Assembly: GCA_964016885.1 (NCBI GenBank)
Contig: OZ024740.1
Span: 364,374,001-364,438,000, forward strand
Origin: Eledone cirrhosa
Lineage: Eukaryota
Direction of reading: 5' to 3'
DNA length: 64,000 bases
Position 1 is the stretch's first letter. Each line of letters starts with the position of its first letter. Under the pieces are notes generated by a model. The model ran no database searches, was not told the DNA's origin, and was given only the letters and a program-made list of their open reading frames with translations. Below, one piece after another: positions 12,633-23,675 of this stretch. The position numbers were made by a program, and so were the translations under genes.

Positions 12633-12982
12633 GGAGGCACATGGCTTAGTGGTTAGAGCATTGGCCTTGCAATCGAAAGGTTGTGAGTTCAATTCTCAGA
12701 CCGGGTGATGTGTTGTTTCCTTGAGCAAGACACTTTGTTTCACATTGCTCCAGTTTACTCAGCTGTAGAAATGAGATGATAGGGACTGGGGTCCCTATCA
12801 TTCCACTCCAAAGTGGTCGTGGAGGTGCCACAGCAAAAAGCACCCAGCACTCACTGTAAATGAGGTTGGTGTTAGGAAGGGCAAGCAGCTGTAGAAATCA
12901 AGCCAGAATCGGTTCCCGTCCCACCCTTGCAAGCAGGGAAAAAGCAGACGTAAAATGAAATGATGATGATGATGATGATGAT
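12633..12982 (+). mobile_element. tRNA/CORE-like SINE with RTE-derived tail
   Basis: Full copy: A box TGGCTTAGTGG, B box GAGTTCAATTC, (GAT)n tail, preceded by a TA run. Confidence 0.87.
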
Positions 12983-12988
12983 ATAAAG

Positions 12989-14074
12989 TTAAACCCTTTC
13001 TTTATGATATTTCTAATACAAGACATTTACTTATAATTTTCAAATCATTTTGTAAATAATGAGGAATTGGAAGCAATTTAGTAATATCACTACCGTATAT
13101 ACTCGAATATAAGCTGACCTTCGTATTTTGGGGGCAAAAATGAGCAAAAATCCAAACCCCGTGTATAAGCCGAGGCAGCTAATCAACGCACCTTGTTTTC
13201 AACGCACCATGTTTAGATGGTGTAGTTTTGACATTCTCATGAGTGGAGAATTTTAATATTTTGATATTTAAAATGTTTTAAGTTTCGTTTAGTGTATAGT
13301 TTTTATTTCACAGCTCCGCTACATAATGGGTTTTACCATTTCTTCTGTTTTATAAAGTTTCAACAAGTTTCTCGAATTTTTGTTTACTTCGGGCTACTTG
13401 GCTGACTGATACTATGTGTAAGGGGACATAATGAATAGGGAATGGTTGAAAGAGATTGACTAAGAGAACATTGTATAAGGATTCAGAGTAGCAGGGGGAG
13501 GGAAGGGCATTAAAAAGAGGGAGGCAGAGGGAGAAAAAATGAGAACGAGAACAAGAGTAATAAAATACAAGACAGAAACAAGATTGAAAGGAAAAGTATA
13601 ATTCACAAACAAACACTTGGCACATGTGTATGTGTGCACCTGCATATATGGACATATGTGTGGATATTTATGTATTAAAAAGTTCAAATTATAAAAACTT
13701 GTTGGGAATATTCTTGAGAAAATGCATAAATAACACTCATAGTGATGTAGTAAATGTAAAAGAAAACAGTGTTTCATTGTAAAATATTCGCTCATGATAT
13801 TGAGTAAAATTTGAAGTTGGTGAAAATCATCAAAATATAGACCTCAGATATAAGCAGACTACCCATTTTACCATCGATTCTTTGTCACAAATTTCTCAGT
13901 TTATATACAAGTATATACAATAATTAAGCTGGTGTTTAGAGCATAAATGAACAAAGGTTCTTACTTAAAATTTACAATGGAAAGTTTTTAGATAAATACT
14001 AACACTATAAAATAAATAACTTTATACAGTAGAATTAGGGGCAGTTTTAGGCAGTTTGGTATCGAAAGGGTTAA
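12989..14074. mobile_element. TTAA/CCC-ended MITE family 2, interrupted by a pogo-like MITE
   Basis: TTAAACCCTTT ... AAAGGGTTAA; halves 12989-13090 and 13923-14074 join to match the intact copy at 59221-59478. Confidence 0.6.
13091..13922. mobile_element. pogo/Tc2-like MITE
   Basis: TA-CCGTATATACTCGAATATAAG left end and degenerate right end TTATATACAAGTATATACAA-TA; shorter relative at 26180..26654. Confidence 0.65.
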
Positions 14075-15173
14075 GTTGATATTAGTAACTTCAGATAAGA
14101 GGTTTATATATAAAATTATGTTGGAAGATATTAATTTCAGTATGAACTCTTTTAAATCATTGACCATATTTCATAACAGTAAAAGCTGTTTTGAGAGTGT
14201 GGGCATTAAAACAAAATTCCAAGAGAATTAACCCTATCAGATATTGTATACTTCTACAAGGAATACCAGTTATATCTCAGGGTAGATGAAACCGATTTTA
14301 ACAAAACATAACACAAACATCAGGGAAAATAATTTAAGACCTAACAAAATTTACCATCCATTTCCCTAATTAGTATCAGCATCAGCGATTATTTGGTTTA
14401 TTAAAAAGAAAAGTTAAAACAAATTCATGTATATATAGGCACAGGTATGGCTATGTAGTTACCAACCTGGCTCTGGTTCTATGAAATAAAACCATTCATT
14501 TTAACGGTTTCCAACATAATTTTATACAAGAACCTTACATTAACGCTCTTGGTGCTGTCAGCAACATAAGTCGTCGATAGAGTAATCTCCCTTAATACAT
14601 AATACAATGCCAAGGGAAGCAATTCATTAAAAAATTATGCGCCCTAAAGGTTAAATTTCTATCTTAGTAATGCAATAATTAACTATGTTAGTAAATCCTT
14701 AGAAATTTTTAATTAATTAAAATAATGTATTTCATTAGAAATGCAGTCATAAAAGGGTTAATGTGTTTGCTTCAAAACTATATGTGGTTCTAGGTTCAGG
14801 CCCACTGTGGGCACTAATAAAATAAATGCTTTTTTTTTTTTCATTTTAAGTAAATCTATGTTGATTTTATGGAGTTTATTTATGGATGCGATTCCCTTCG
14901 AAATGACTATTTTTGTACAACATAAACTTTATTACTGTTCTATATTTACAATATGAAAGCTTAGTGACTGCAGAACTGAGATTAAAACTCACTTTGTCTG
15001 TGTTAAATATGATGCTTTTCTGGTTTTATTTCAATGAGATATCAGTTTGTTTTAAAGAGGTGAGCAACACAGTTCTAAAATTAAAATTTTGGCTTAGAAA
15101 CACTTTTAATTGCATATTGGTGTGTGTTTATGTGTGTGTATATGTGTGTACATATATATATATATATATATAT

Positions 15174-15315
15174 GGTGAGAACAGACCTCAGATCATTGAA
15201 GCTCACGGTGGAGATGACGAAGGACCGTGACAAGTGGAGAGATGCTGTGCTGAATAAGACCCGTCCCACCCTTGCAAGCAGGGAAAAGCGGACGTAAAAT
15301 GATGAAGATGATGAT
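15174..15315 (+). mobile_element. Short 3' fragment of RTE family B
   Basis: Near-identical to 45000-45130; follows a TA run. Confidence 0.88.
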
Positions 15316-15968
15316 ATATGAATGGTGAATTCTTCGCTTGCGAAAATCAATTGGAAGAATTGTCCTGTTCTGTGCGGCGGCGCATCCTGAAGTGGCTGTA
15401 GAGGCTAATCCTGGACCTGCAGGCTTTGGTACAGTTAGGGCAAGTGTATATTTGGTCAGTTGGTGGACAGCTTTCTTTTTTGATGTTTGTCTTCAGCCGC
15501 CACCTTCTTGCCCTCCTCAAAGCTGGCTGCAGCTGTATTAATGGTCGCTCTCCATTTCTCTCTGTCCTCTTCTAGGTGTTCCTATTCCCTGTGATCAATA
15601 TTGCCTTGGATCAGCTAGCACTTCAGTTGGTCCTTGAAGCGTTTTTTGGGGGGCCCCTTGGTTTCGATTGCCTTGACGTAGTTCGCCGTAGAAAACTGCT
15701 TTGGCATCCTAGTCGCCATGCGCGAGGTATGACCCGCCCAGCAGAGCTGTCTCGGCATCAGCATGTTCTCAATGCTTGTGATATCGGCCCTCTTGAGAAC
15801 TTCCTCATTTGTTACATAGCCCTGTCAACGGATGCCCATGATGGACGAAGGCATCGCTTATTGAATCTTTCCAGTAGCTTGATATGCTTCCAGTACAGGA
15901 CCCAGCTTTCAGCTCCATAGAAGAGGGTGGTGACTGCAACAGCTTGGTAGACTCTGATTTTAGATTAA
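15316..15968 (-). pseudogene. RTE-BovB-like LINE 3' fragment with C2H2 finger
   Basis: Minus strand reads ..FYGELRQGNRNQGGPQKRFKDQLK.. and TCPNCTKACRSRISLYSHFR. Confidence 0.7.
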
Positions 15969-16343
15969 GTGATATTGTCAGGAAATACTTTAATTTTTTT
16001 TTTTTATATATATCAAAATTCTAGCTTATATATATATATATCATCATCATCATCATCACCGTTTTACGTCCGTTCTTCCACGCTAGCATGGGTTAGACGG
16101 GTTGTCCTGTTGTGGGCAGTGTCTGGCCGGCTGACCATGCCTTGCTCATACAGGAACTGATCTGGCTTGATTTCTACAGCTGGATGCCCTTCCTAACACC
16201 AACCTCATTTACAGTGAGTGCTGGGTGCTTTTTCGTGGCGCCTACACGTCCACTTTACAGTGTGGGCTGGGTGCTTTTTTTGCCGTGGCACCTCCACGGC
16301 CACCTTGCGGTGGGGGGGGGGGGGGGCATATTGTTTATATGCT

Positions 16344-19300
16344 TCAGCATGTACCCATGGGAGGTCGGGTACCCTGTATTACTGCGTGACGCCAGAAGTC
16401 ACGGTCGTGTGTCATTGACTTTGAGAGGTGTAGTTGGGTAAGGTCGGCTTTTATCACCTCATCCCAAGTCATCTTGGGTCTCCCCACTCCGCGGTTTCCA
16501 TCAACTTCTAGTGCTCTGCACCTTTTTATGCAGCTGTCATCCTTCATACGCATCACATGTCCATACCAGCGTAACCGCCTCTCCTGCACGCAGCATTTGA
16601 TTCCTCTTATGCTCAGTCTCTCTCTCAATTCCTTTATGCTTTGTCGTTCACGTATATTACTGTTACACATCCATCGGAGCATGCAGGCTTCGTTTCTCTC
16701 TAATCTACGTAAGTCTTCCACCTTCAGCGCCCAGGTCTCACTACCATGCAACATCGCTGTTCGGATACACGCATCATACAGTCTGCCTTTCATTCTGAGG
16801 GAGAAGCCTTTTGCAGCTAGCAGTGGTAGTAGTTCCCTAAACTTCTTCCATCCCGTTCTTACCCTAGTTATTGTACTTTCTGAGCACCCACCTCCGTTGC
16901 TAATTCGGTCACCTAGGTAGCAGAAGCTGTCTACTGTTTCTACAGGGCCCTCCCAGAGATTGGTGGTACTTGTTTCCTGTGGCTGTTTGCTTGCTGTTTC
17001 AGCACAGCTGCTGCATGTGAATCCTACATTCTTAATTAAGCTTCCTGAGATCCCGCTACATCTCTTGTGTACCCATTGTTTGCATTTGGGGCAGAGAATG
17101 GAGTTCCTACCTACACCTTTCCTACATACTGAGCAAGGCCATTTCCCTGAGGGGATCTGGGTTCTGTTTTCTCGTCTACTCATAAGGACCTTAGTCTTTG
17201 TCATGTTGTCTTTGAGGCCCTTTCTCTCTAGTCCCTGCTTCCAGGTTTGGAATTTATTCTCTAGTTCTACCATAGGTTCAGCTATGAGTGCGAGGTCATC
17301 AGCATACAGGAGTTCCCATGGGCATCCGGTCTTAAACTCCTCCGTTATTGCCTGCAGGACTATGATGAACAGGAGAGGGCTAAGAACAGAGCGCTGGTGG
17401 ACCCCAACCTGTACGCTAAATTCCTCGCTATACTCATTGCCAATCCTAACTTTGCTGACTGCTCCCCTATACATGGCTTGTACCGCTTTCACAAGCCATT
17501 CATCTACTCCTAGTTTTCTAAGAGCCCACCAGATTACTGCACGTGGAACTCTGTCAAAGGCTTTCTCAAGGTCGACAAATGCCAAGTAGAGTGGCTTACT
17601 TTTAGCTAGGTACTTTTCCTGTAATTGCCTCACAAGGAAGAGGGCATCAGTGGTGCCTTTCCCTGGTACAAACCCAAATTGCATCTCGTCTATATTCACC
17701 CGGTCCCTAATCAGCTGTGCTATAACTCTTTCTGTTACTTTCATGACCTGGTCCATCAACTTTATACCTCTATAGTTTCCTCTATCTAGTGCATCGCCTT
17801 TACCTTTGTAGCAGTTGACAATGATGCTACTGCACCAATCTTTTGGTATGGCCCCCTCTAGTATTACCTGGTTAACGATACGTGTGGTTATAGTGTGACC
17901 TACAGACCCAGATGCCTTCAGCATCTCGGCAGCTATACCCGATGGACCGGTTGCCTTCCCTATCTTCATATCTCTGATTGCCTTACTTACTACGCTGCCG
18001 CTGACTTGTACTGCTGGTCCCCCTATAGGGTCTACGTGGGGTAGGGTCTCTTCTTCCCATGCATTCTCCTCATTTAGTAATCTATCATAATGACTCTTCC
18101 ATGCATCTTTCTTCTCAGCACTTGTGAGGGCAAGCTCACCTTTATCATTCCGGATACACTTCTCTCCAATGACATCACAACTATCTCTGACACACTGCCT
18201 CGCAATCTTGAATACCTCCTGTTTCTGGTCCTCACGTTGTAAAACATGCTTGAATTTTCTATCCTCTGCTTCCCTCCTAGCTAAGTATACTTGTCGCCTA
18301 GCTTCCCTCTTGGTCTCTATGTAATGTACCCTGCTCCCCCCGTTCTTCCATTCTTTCCATGCCTGTCTCTTGGCCTTGACTGCTTCATCTACCTTATTGT
18401 TCCACCACCAAGTCACTCTCCTCCTGCTTGAGGTCTTACTCCAGCCACAAACCTCATCCGTCGCCTCTAGTAAGTTATTTTTTAGGAACTCCCAGTTCTC
18501 TTCTACGTTAAATGTCTCTATCTGTTCTTCTTTACTGTCGTAGGCGTTGAGTAAAATATCTTTAAATCTGTTACTGGTTGAGGGGACTTTCAGCTTCCAG
18601 ATCTTTCTTCTCCAGGTTGGCCTCTGTTTCAGGGCTCGTCTAGTTCTGACCGTGAGGTCGCTGACAACTAAGCTATGTTGGGATGTACATTCCTCACTAG
18701 GGAAGGCTTTTGTGTTTACGACCGTCCATCTGTCACGTCCTCTGATGAGGATAAAATCTAACTGACTAGAGTGCTCCCCTGATCTATAGGTGATCAGGTG
18801 GTTGTCGGGTTTTTTAAAGTTTGTGTTACATATCGACATGTCATTGGCGTCGCAGAATTCTAGAAGTCTGAATCCTTCCTCATTCCTTGTGCCAACTCCA
18901 TGGCCTCCATGTACTCTATTGAAGCCGTCGCAGTGTTTACCTACGTGTCCGTTAAAATCTCCTGCAATGATTAGGAAGTCCTTGTCGTCTGTTAGAGCAG
19001 TAGTGTGTATTAGGGACTCGTAAAACCTATCCTTAAGTTCGTCTGGCAGCCCCGATTGGGGTGCGTAAGCTGATATTATTGTGGTAATTGTCTTATTCAG
19101 GACTAGTCTGAGTTTAATGATTCTTGCATTTACCCTGTACACTGAGATTACTTTATCTACCCACTTGTCAGCTAATAGTATACCTACACCACCCATCCCA
19201 TCGTCATTTCCCACCCAGAAAAATTTGTAGCACTGGCTTTTTCCTACAAGGACTCTAGCAGACCCTCCTCTCCATCTAGTCTCTTGCACACAGCATACAT

Positions 19301-19463
19301 CAACTTCCTTTCGCTCTAGCATTTCTACGATTTCTCCTGCTCTTCCTTTCATTGAGCCTACATTGATGGTACCAACTCGGAGTTTTGGGCATTTGTCGAC
19401 ACTCGTAGGGGAGGGTCTCTGGGTTGGCGCTTCACGTGGGTGCTTGGTAGCTCGCAGATTCAT
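16344..19463 (-). CDS. RTE LINE ORF: AP-like endonuclease + reverse transcriptase with internal PHD-like zinc finger, 1039 aa
   Basis: EN motifs CVQETRW, YAPQ, GDFNGHVG, SQLDFI, SQH; RT motifs NYRGIKL, QFGF, FVDLEKAFD, LYADD, FCYLG; RTE C-terminus RLRWYGHV..GRP..TW; uninterrupted frame. Confidence 0.95.
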   Translation of the reverse strand: MNLRATKHPREAPTQRPSPTSVDKCPKLRVGTINVGSMKGRAGEIVEMLERKEVDVCCVQETRWRGGSARVLVGKSQCYKFFWVGNDDGMGGVGILLADKWVDKVISVYRVNARIIKLRLVLNKTITTIISAYAPQSGLPDELKDRFYESLIHTTALTDDKDFLIIAGDFNGHVGKHCDGFNRVHGGHGVGTRNEEGFRLLEFCDANDMSICNTNFKKPDNHLITYRSGEHSSQLDFILIRGRDRWTVVNTKAFPSEECTSQHSLVVSDLTVRTRRALKQRPTWRRKIWKLKVPSTSNRFKDILLNAYDSKEEQIETFNVEENWEFLKNNLLEATDEVCGWSKTSSRRRVTWWWNNKVDEAVKAKRQAWKEWKNGGSRVHYIETKREARRQVYLARREAEDRKFKHVLQREDQKQEVFKIARQCVRDSCDVIGEKCIRNDKGELALTSAEKKDAWKSHYDRLLNEENAWEEETLPHVDPIGGPAVQVSGSVVSKAIRDMKIGKATGPSGIAAEMLKASGSVGHTITTRIVNQVILEGAIPKDWCSSIIVNCYKGKGDALDRGNYRGIKLMDQVMKVTERVIAQLIRDRVNIDEMQFGFVPGKGTTDALFLVRQLQEKYLAKSKPLYLAFVDLEKAFDRVPRAVIWWALRKLGVDEWLVKAVQAMYRGAVSKVRIGNEYSEEFSVQVGVHQRSVLSPLLFIIVLQAITEEFKTGCPWELLYADDLALIAEPMVELENKFQTWKQGLERKGLKDNMTKTKVLMSRRENRTQIPSGKWPCSVCRKGVGRNSILCPKCKQWVHKRCSGISGSLIKNVGFTCSSCAETASKQPQETSTTNLWEGPVETVDSFCYLGDRISNGGGCSESTITRVRTGWKKFRELLPLLAAKGFSLRMKGRLYDACIRTAMLHGSETWALKVEDLRRLERNEACMLRWMCNSNIRERQSIKELRERLSIRGIKCCVQERRLRWYGHVMRMKDDSCIKRCRALEVDGNRGVGRPKMTWDEVIKADLTQLHLSKSMTHDRDFWRHAVIQGTRPPMGTC

Positions 19464-19705
19464 ATTTCATCTATTGATTCAGAGTTGCTCGTGTATTCCC
19501 AGCTCATCCATCCATAACGGTGGGAAAATTGAGGGCTAGAAGAACAGTGGTGGTGGGGTAATGGCAGGGTGTGTTGGGATGCGCCAGAGGAGGAGAGAGT
19601 TAGTTAGGCAGGTAGTAGCAGCAGCAGTGGAAATGGCATGCTAGGTTTGATTGGTCGAATAGACTATGGTGGTGTGTGGGGGTGGGGGGGGAGGGAAATT
19701 GTGAG

Positions 19706-21584
19706 GTAGGAACTGAGGGTCGCATGGTAAATATCCAAGTTAATACTACATCAGTAAAATTAACAATAATAACGTCATGAAAAAACTACTAAGAGAAACC
19801 CTCGAAAATTTATCGCTAATACAGCAGGGAAAATTTAACGCTAATACAGCAGGGAACATCATAATATTAACGACAATATGTAGGCTAAAATACCTTCGTA
19901 GATTAGATGGATGGCTGGAAAAATTGGAATCAGCTCTAGTGATACATTTTAGCAGAGAAGAATGGGAAAGTGTCTTATCTCTTCAATATTTTCAGATTGA
20001 ATGAATTAGGTTAAAGACAGGGTAGTAAGCCTTAAAGAAGTGCATAGAGAGGTGGGGGGGGGGTAGGAACTGAGGGTCGCATGGTAAATAACTGAGAGAG
20101 ATACAATAGGATTAGAATACCGCATGGTAAATATCCAAGTTAATAAGTTAATACTACATCAGTAAAATTAACAATAATAACGCCATGAAAAAACTACTAA
20201 GAGAAACCCTCGAAAATTTAATGCTAATACAGCAGGGAACATCATAATATTAACGACAATATGTAGGCTAAAATACCTTCGTAGATTAGATGGATGGCTG
20301 GAAAAATTGGAATCAGCTCTAGTGATACATTTTAGCAGAGAAGAATGGGAAAGTGTCTTATCTCTTCAATATTTTCAGATTGAATGAATTAGGTTAAAGA
20401 CAGGGTAGTAAGCCTTAAAGAAGTGCATAGAGAGGGGGGGGGGAGGAACTGAGGATCGCATGGTAAATAACTGAGAGAGATACAATAGGATTAGAATACC
20501 GCATGGTAAATATCCAAGTTAATAAGTTAATACTACATCAGTAAAATTAACAATAATAACGTCATGAAAAAACTACTAAGAGAAACCCTCGAAAATTTAT
20601 CGCTAATACAGCAGGGAAAATTTAACGCTAATACAGCAGGGAACATCATAATATTAACGACAATATGTAGGCTAAAATACCTTCGTAGATTAGATGGATG
20701 GCTGGAAAAATTGGAATCAGCTCTAGTGATACATTTTAGCAGAGAAGAATGGGAAAGTGTCTTATCTCTTCAATATTTTCAGATTGAATGAATTAGGTTA
20801 AAGACAGGGTAGTAAGCCTTAAAGAAGTGCATAGAGAGGGGGGGGGTAGGAACTGAGGGTCGCATGGTAAATAACTGAGAGAGATACAATAGGATTAGAA
20901 TACCGCATGGTAAATATCCAAGTTAATAAGTTAATACTACATCAGTAAAATTAACAATAATAACGCCATGAAAAAACTAAGAGAAACCCTCGAAAATTTA
21001 TTGCTAATACAGCAGGGAAAATTTAATGCTAATACAGCAGGGAACATCATAATATTAACGACAATATGTAGGCTAAAATACCTTCGTAGATTAGATGGAT
21101 GGCTGGAAAAATTGGAATCAGCTCTAGTGATACATTTTAGCAGAGAAGAATGGGAAAGTGTCTTATCTCTTCAATATTTTCAGATTGAATGAATTAGGTT
21201 AAAGACAGGGTAGTAAGCCTTAAAGAAGTGAATAGAGAGGGGGGGGTAGGAACTGAGGGTCGCATGGTTAATAACTGAGAGAGATACAATAGGATTAGAA
21301 TACCGCATGGTAAATATCCAAGTTAATAAGTTAATACTACATCAGTAAAATTAACAATAATAACGTCATGAAAAAACTACTAAGAGAAACCCTCGAAAAT
21401 TTATCGCTAATACAGCAGGGAAAATTTAACGTTAATACAGCAGGGAACATCATAATATTAACGACAATATGTAGGCTAAAATACCTTCGTAGATTAGATG
21501 GATGGCTGGAAAAATTGGAATCAGCTCTAGTGATACATTTTAGCAGAGAAGAATGGGAAAGTGTCTTATCTCTTCAATATTTTC

Positions 21585-21587
<3 letters not shown>
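19706..21587. repeat. ~4.8 tandem copies of a 356-402 bp unit in the LINE 5' region
   Basis: GGAACTGAGG(G/A)TCGCATGGT recurs near 19706, 20062, 20443, 20845 and 21245; units are nearly identical and separated by poly-G. Confidence 0.95.
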
Positions 21588-21652
<65 letters not shown>

Positions 21653-21924
21653 GTATTTGCTGACAATATCACTTAATCTAAGTGTGCCTGAGACTCTAGT
21701 AATGAAATGACATCAATTTAACTTCAGGTGGAGGTGATGACCTAGCTGTAATAAGTTAATTGCTACATGACCTGTCTAATATTATGTCTAAATTTTCAAA
21801 ACCAACAAGTAATGAAGTAGCTATGTTATCTTAATGGCAACTTGCATTTATTAAAAACCAAATTGTCATTGCATATTGCATGAACTTGTTTAGTTTTCCT
21901 AAATTTCTTCATTTTTTTTCAACA

Positions 21925-22460
21925 GGAGGTTGAATTAAATAGAAGAATTGCTGAAGCTGGTGCAGTAATATATCAGCTTTGGTACTTGGCCATCAAAAGA
22001 AGGGAGATAGGTGTAAAAGCAAAACTAGCTATCTTCCATTCGGAGTTCATACCTATCTTTACCTATGGGTAATGACCGAAAGAGTACAATTGTTAATACA
22101 AATAGCGAAAATGGGGTTCCTCTGAAGTGTCTTTGGGGTAACGTTAATTGATAGGGTGCATAGCTTGAACATCAGGGAGTCACTCCAGGTAGAGCTGCTC
22201 TTCCACACATCGAGATCATAGCTCTAGTACTGTTGACATGTGGTTAGAAGGTCTTTGGAAAGATTCACTAAACAGATTCTATGGGTAAAAAAGAACTCAA
22301 TTGGTAAGAGACTCAGAGGTAGACCACGAACAAGATGGTTGGATAAGCTCAGTTAGTCTTACTTGGAAATGGTTGTTGATGATAGGACCTTCTGGAAGGT
22401 GTGTCTGAGGACCCTACTCTCACAACCCCCTCTGAGTTAAGTGGGCGAAGAATAAGAAGA
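21925..22460 (+). pseudogene. Decayed Expander/Rex3-like RTE 3' fragment
   Basis: Remnants ELNRRIAEAGAV, KAKLAIFHS..IPILTYG and GKRLRGRPRTRWLD; GAA-rich tail. Confidence 0.65.
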
Positions 22461-22694
22461 TATATTTCTAGAAAGTATATTATTTTAATGAGTATATCCT
22501 TCATCTTACTTTATGAATATGATCAGCATAGATAATTTAAGGGGCTCACTTCATAACCACAGCCTTAAGTTCACCATTGCTTTGTTGTGTGTGTGTGTGT
22601 GCGCGCATTTATATTAGCTTGAAACATTTTGTTAGATGGAAGTTCATTTAAGGTTCTCATTTTGGATAATATTTAAGAAATTAACCTAACTTGT

Positions 22695-23030
22695 TTTATA
22701 ATGTATAATAAAGAATACTAGTTTTATAATGTGAATTGAAGAATACTATCGATTTATAATGTGTATTGAAGAATACCAGTTATATAATGTGTAGTAAAGA
22801 ATATTATAGATTTATAATGTGTATTGAAGAATACCAGTTATATAATGTGTAGTAAAGAATACTATAGATTTATAATGTGTATTGAAGAATACCAGTTATA
22901 TAATGTGTAGTAAAGAATACTATCGATTTATAATGTGTATTGAAGAATACCAGTTATATAATGTGTAGTAAAGAATACTATAGATTTATAATGTGTATTG
23001 AAGAATTCTATAGATTTATAACGTGTATTA
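22695..23030. repeat. 58-bp AT-rich minisatellite (dimer of ~29-bp subunits)
   Basis: GATTTATAATGTGTATTGAAGAATACCAGTTATATAATGTGTAGTAAAGAATACTATA repeated; resumes at about 23256 and 23676 after two insertions. Confidence 0.9.
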
Positions 23031-23286
23031 ATCCTTTCATGACTGCATTTCTAATGGAATACACACTATTTTAATTAATTAATAAAGAATTTTGAGGGAT
23101 TAAGTAAAATTAATAATTATTTCATTTACTAAGATAGTAATTTAATGTAAGGTTCTTATATAAAATTATGTTGGAAGATTTTAATTTAAATTGGAAACCT
23201 TTAAAATGGGTGATTTTATTTCATAGAACCAGAGCCAGGTTGGTAAAGAGTTAAAAAGTTCTATAGATTTATAATGTGTATTAAAT

Positions 23287-23675
23287 CATGTCTTTCCAAG
23301 CATTTTTAAACTGTGACCCTGCTTTTTAAAAAAAAATTTGTTCCAAAGCCAACCATAACCCCTTTTTGGTGAAAGAAATTCATGGTATCCGTCTAAACCC
23401 ATGCTAGTGTGGAAGATAGACATTAAACGATGATGATAATGATGATGATGGTATCATTATCTTAATATGACAGAAATCTTTTCGGTACAGTTATTATTTA
23501 ATTTTAAATTTGAGGGATTTGTTTTTAAATGTAAAATAAAAAAAGTTTATTTTTTGCAGAAGTTGCAATAATCAGCAAATAATGATCCAAAAGCTAAAAT
23601 AAAGATTAAAAATAAATTCTTAATTTCTATGCACCCCCTCCTTGTGGATCATGACCTTCACATTGGGAAGGCCTG
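23287..23675. mobile_element. hAT-like MITE
   Basis: Imperfect TIRs CATGTCTTTCCAA / TTGGGAAGGCCTG; 8-bp flanks TATTAAAT and TATTGAAG (6 of 8 match). Confidence 0.5.

Larger units (their letters stand above)
16040..21587 (-). mobile_element. Near full-length RTE-clade LINE, family A, with tandem 5' monomers
   Basis: (GAT)n tail at 16040, ~300-bp 3'UTR, single long ORF, repeated 5' region, and (TA)n at both ends (16028-16040 and 21586-21648). Confidence 0.9.

Noticed and set aside
12633-12705. tRNA gene
   Set aside because: A and B boxes are present but there is no proper acceptor stem, and it continues into CORE and LINE-derived sequence in several copies, so it is a SINE head.
16474-19023. 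Plus-strand ORFs overlapping the RTE ORF (and similar ones at 4223, 11573, 44547)
   Set aside because: Antisense shadows of the LINE coding frame.
19777-21676. Repeated 75-aa ORF (MKKLLRETLENL...) in four monomers
   Set aside because: It is antisense to the LINE, its identity simply reflects the tandem DNA repeat, and the second monomer has a 25-nt deletion that frameshifts it. No recognisable domain.
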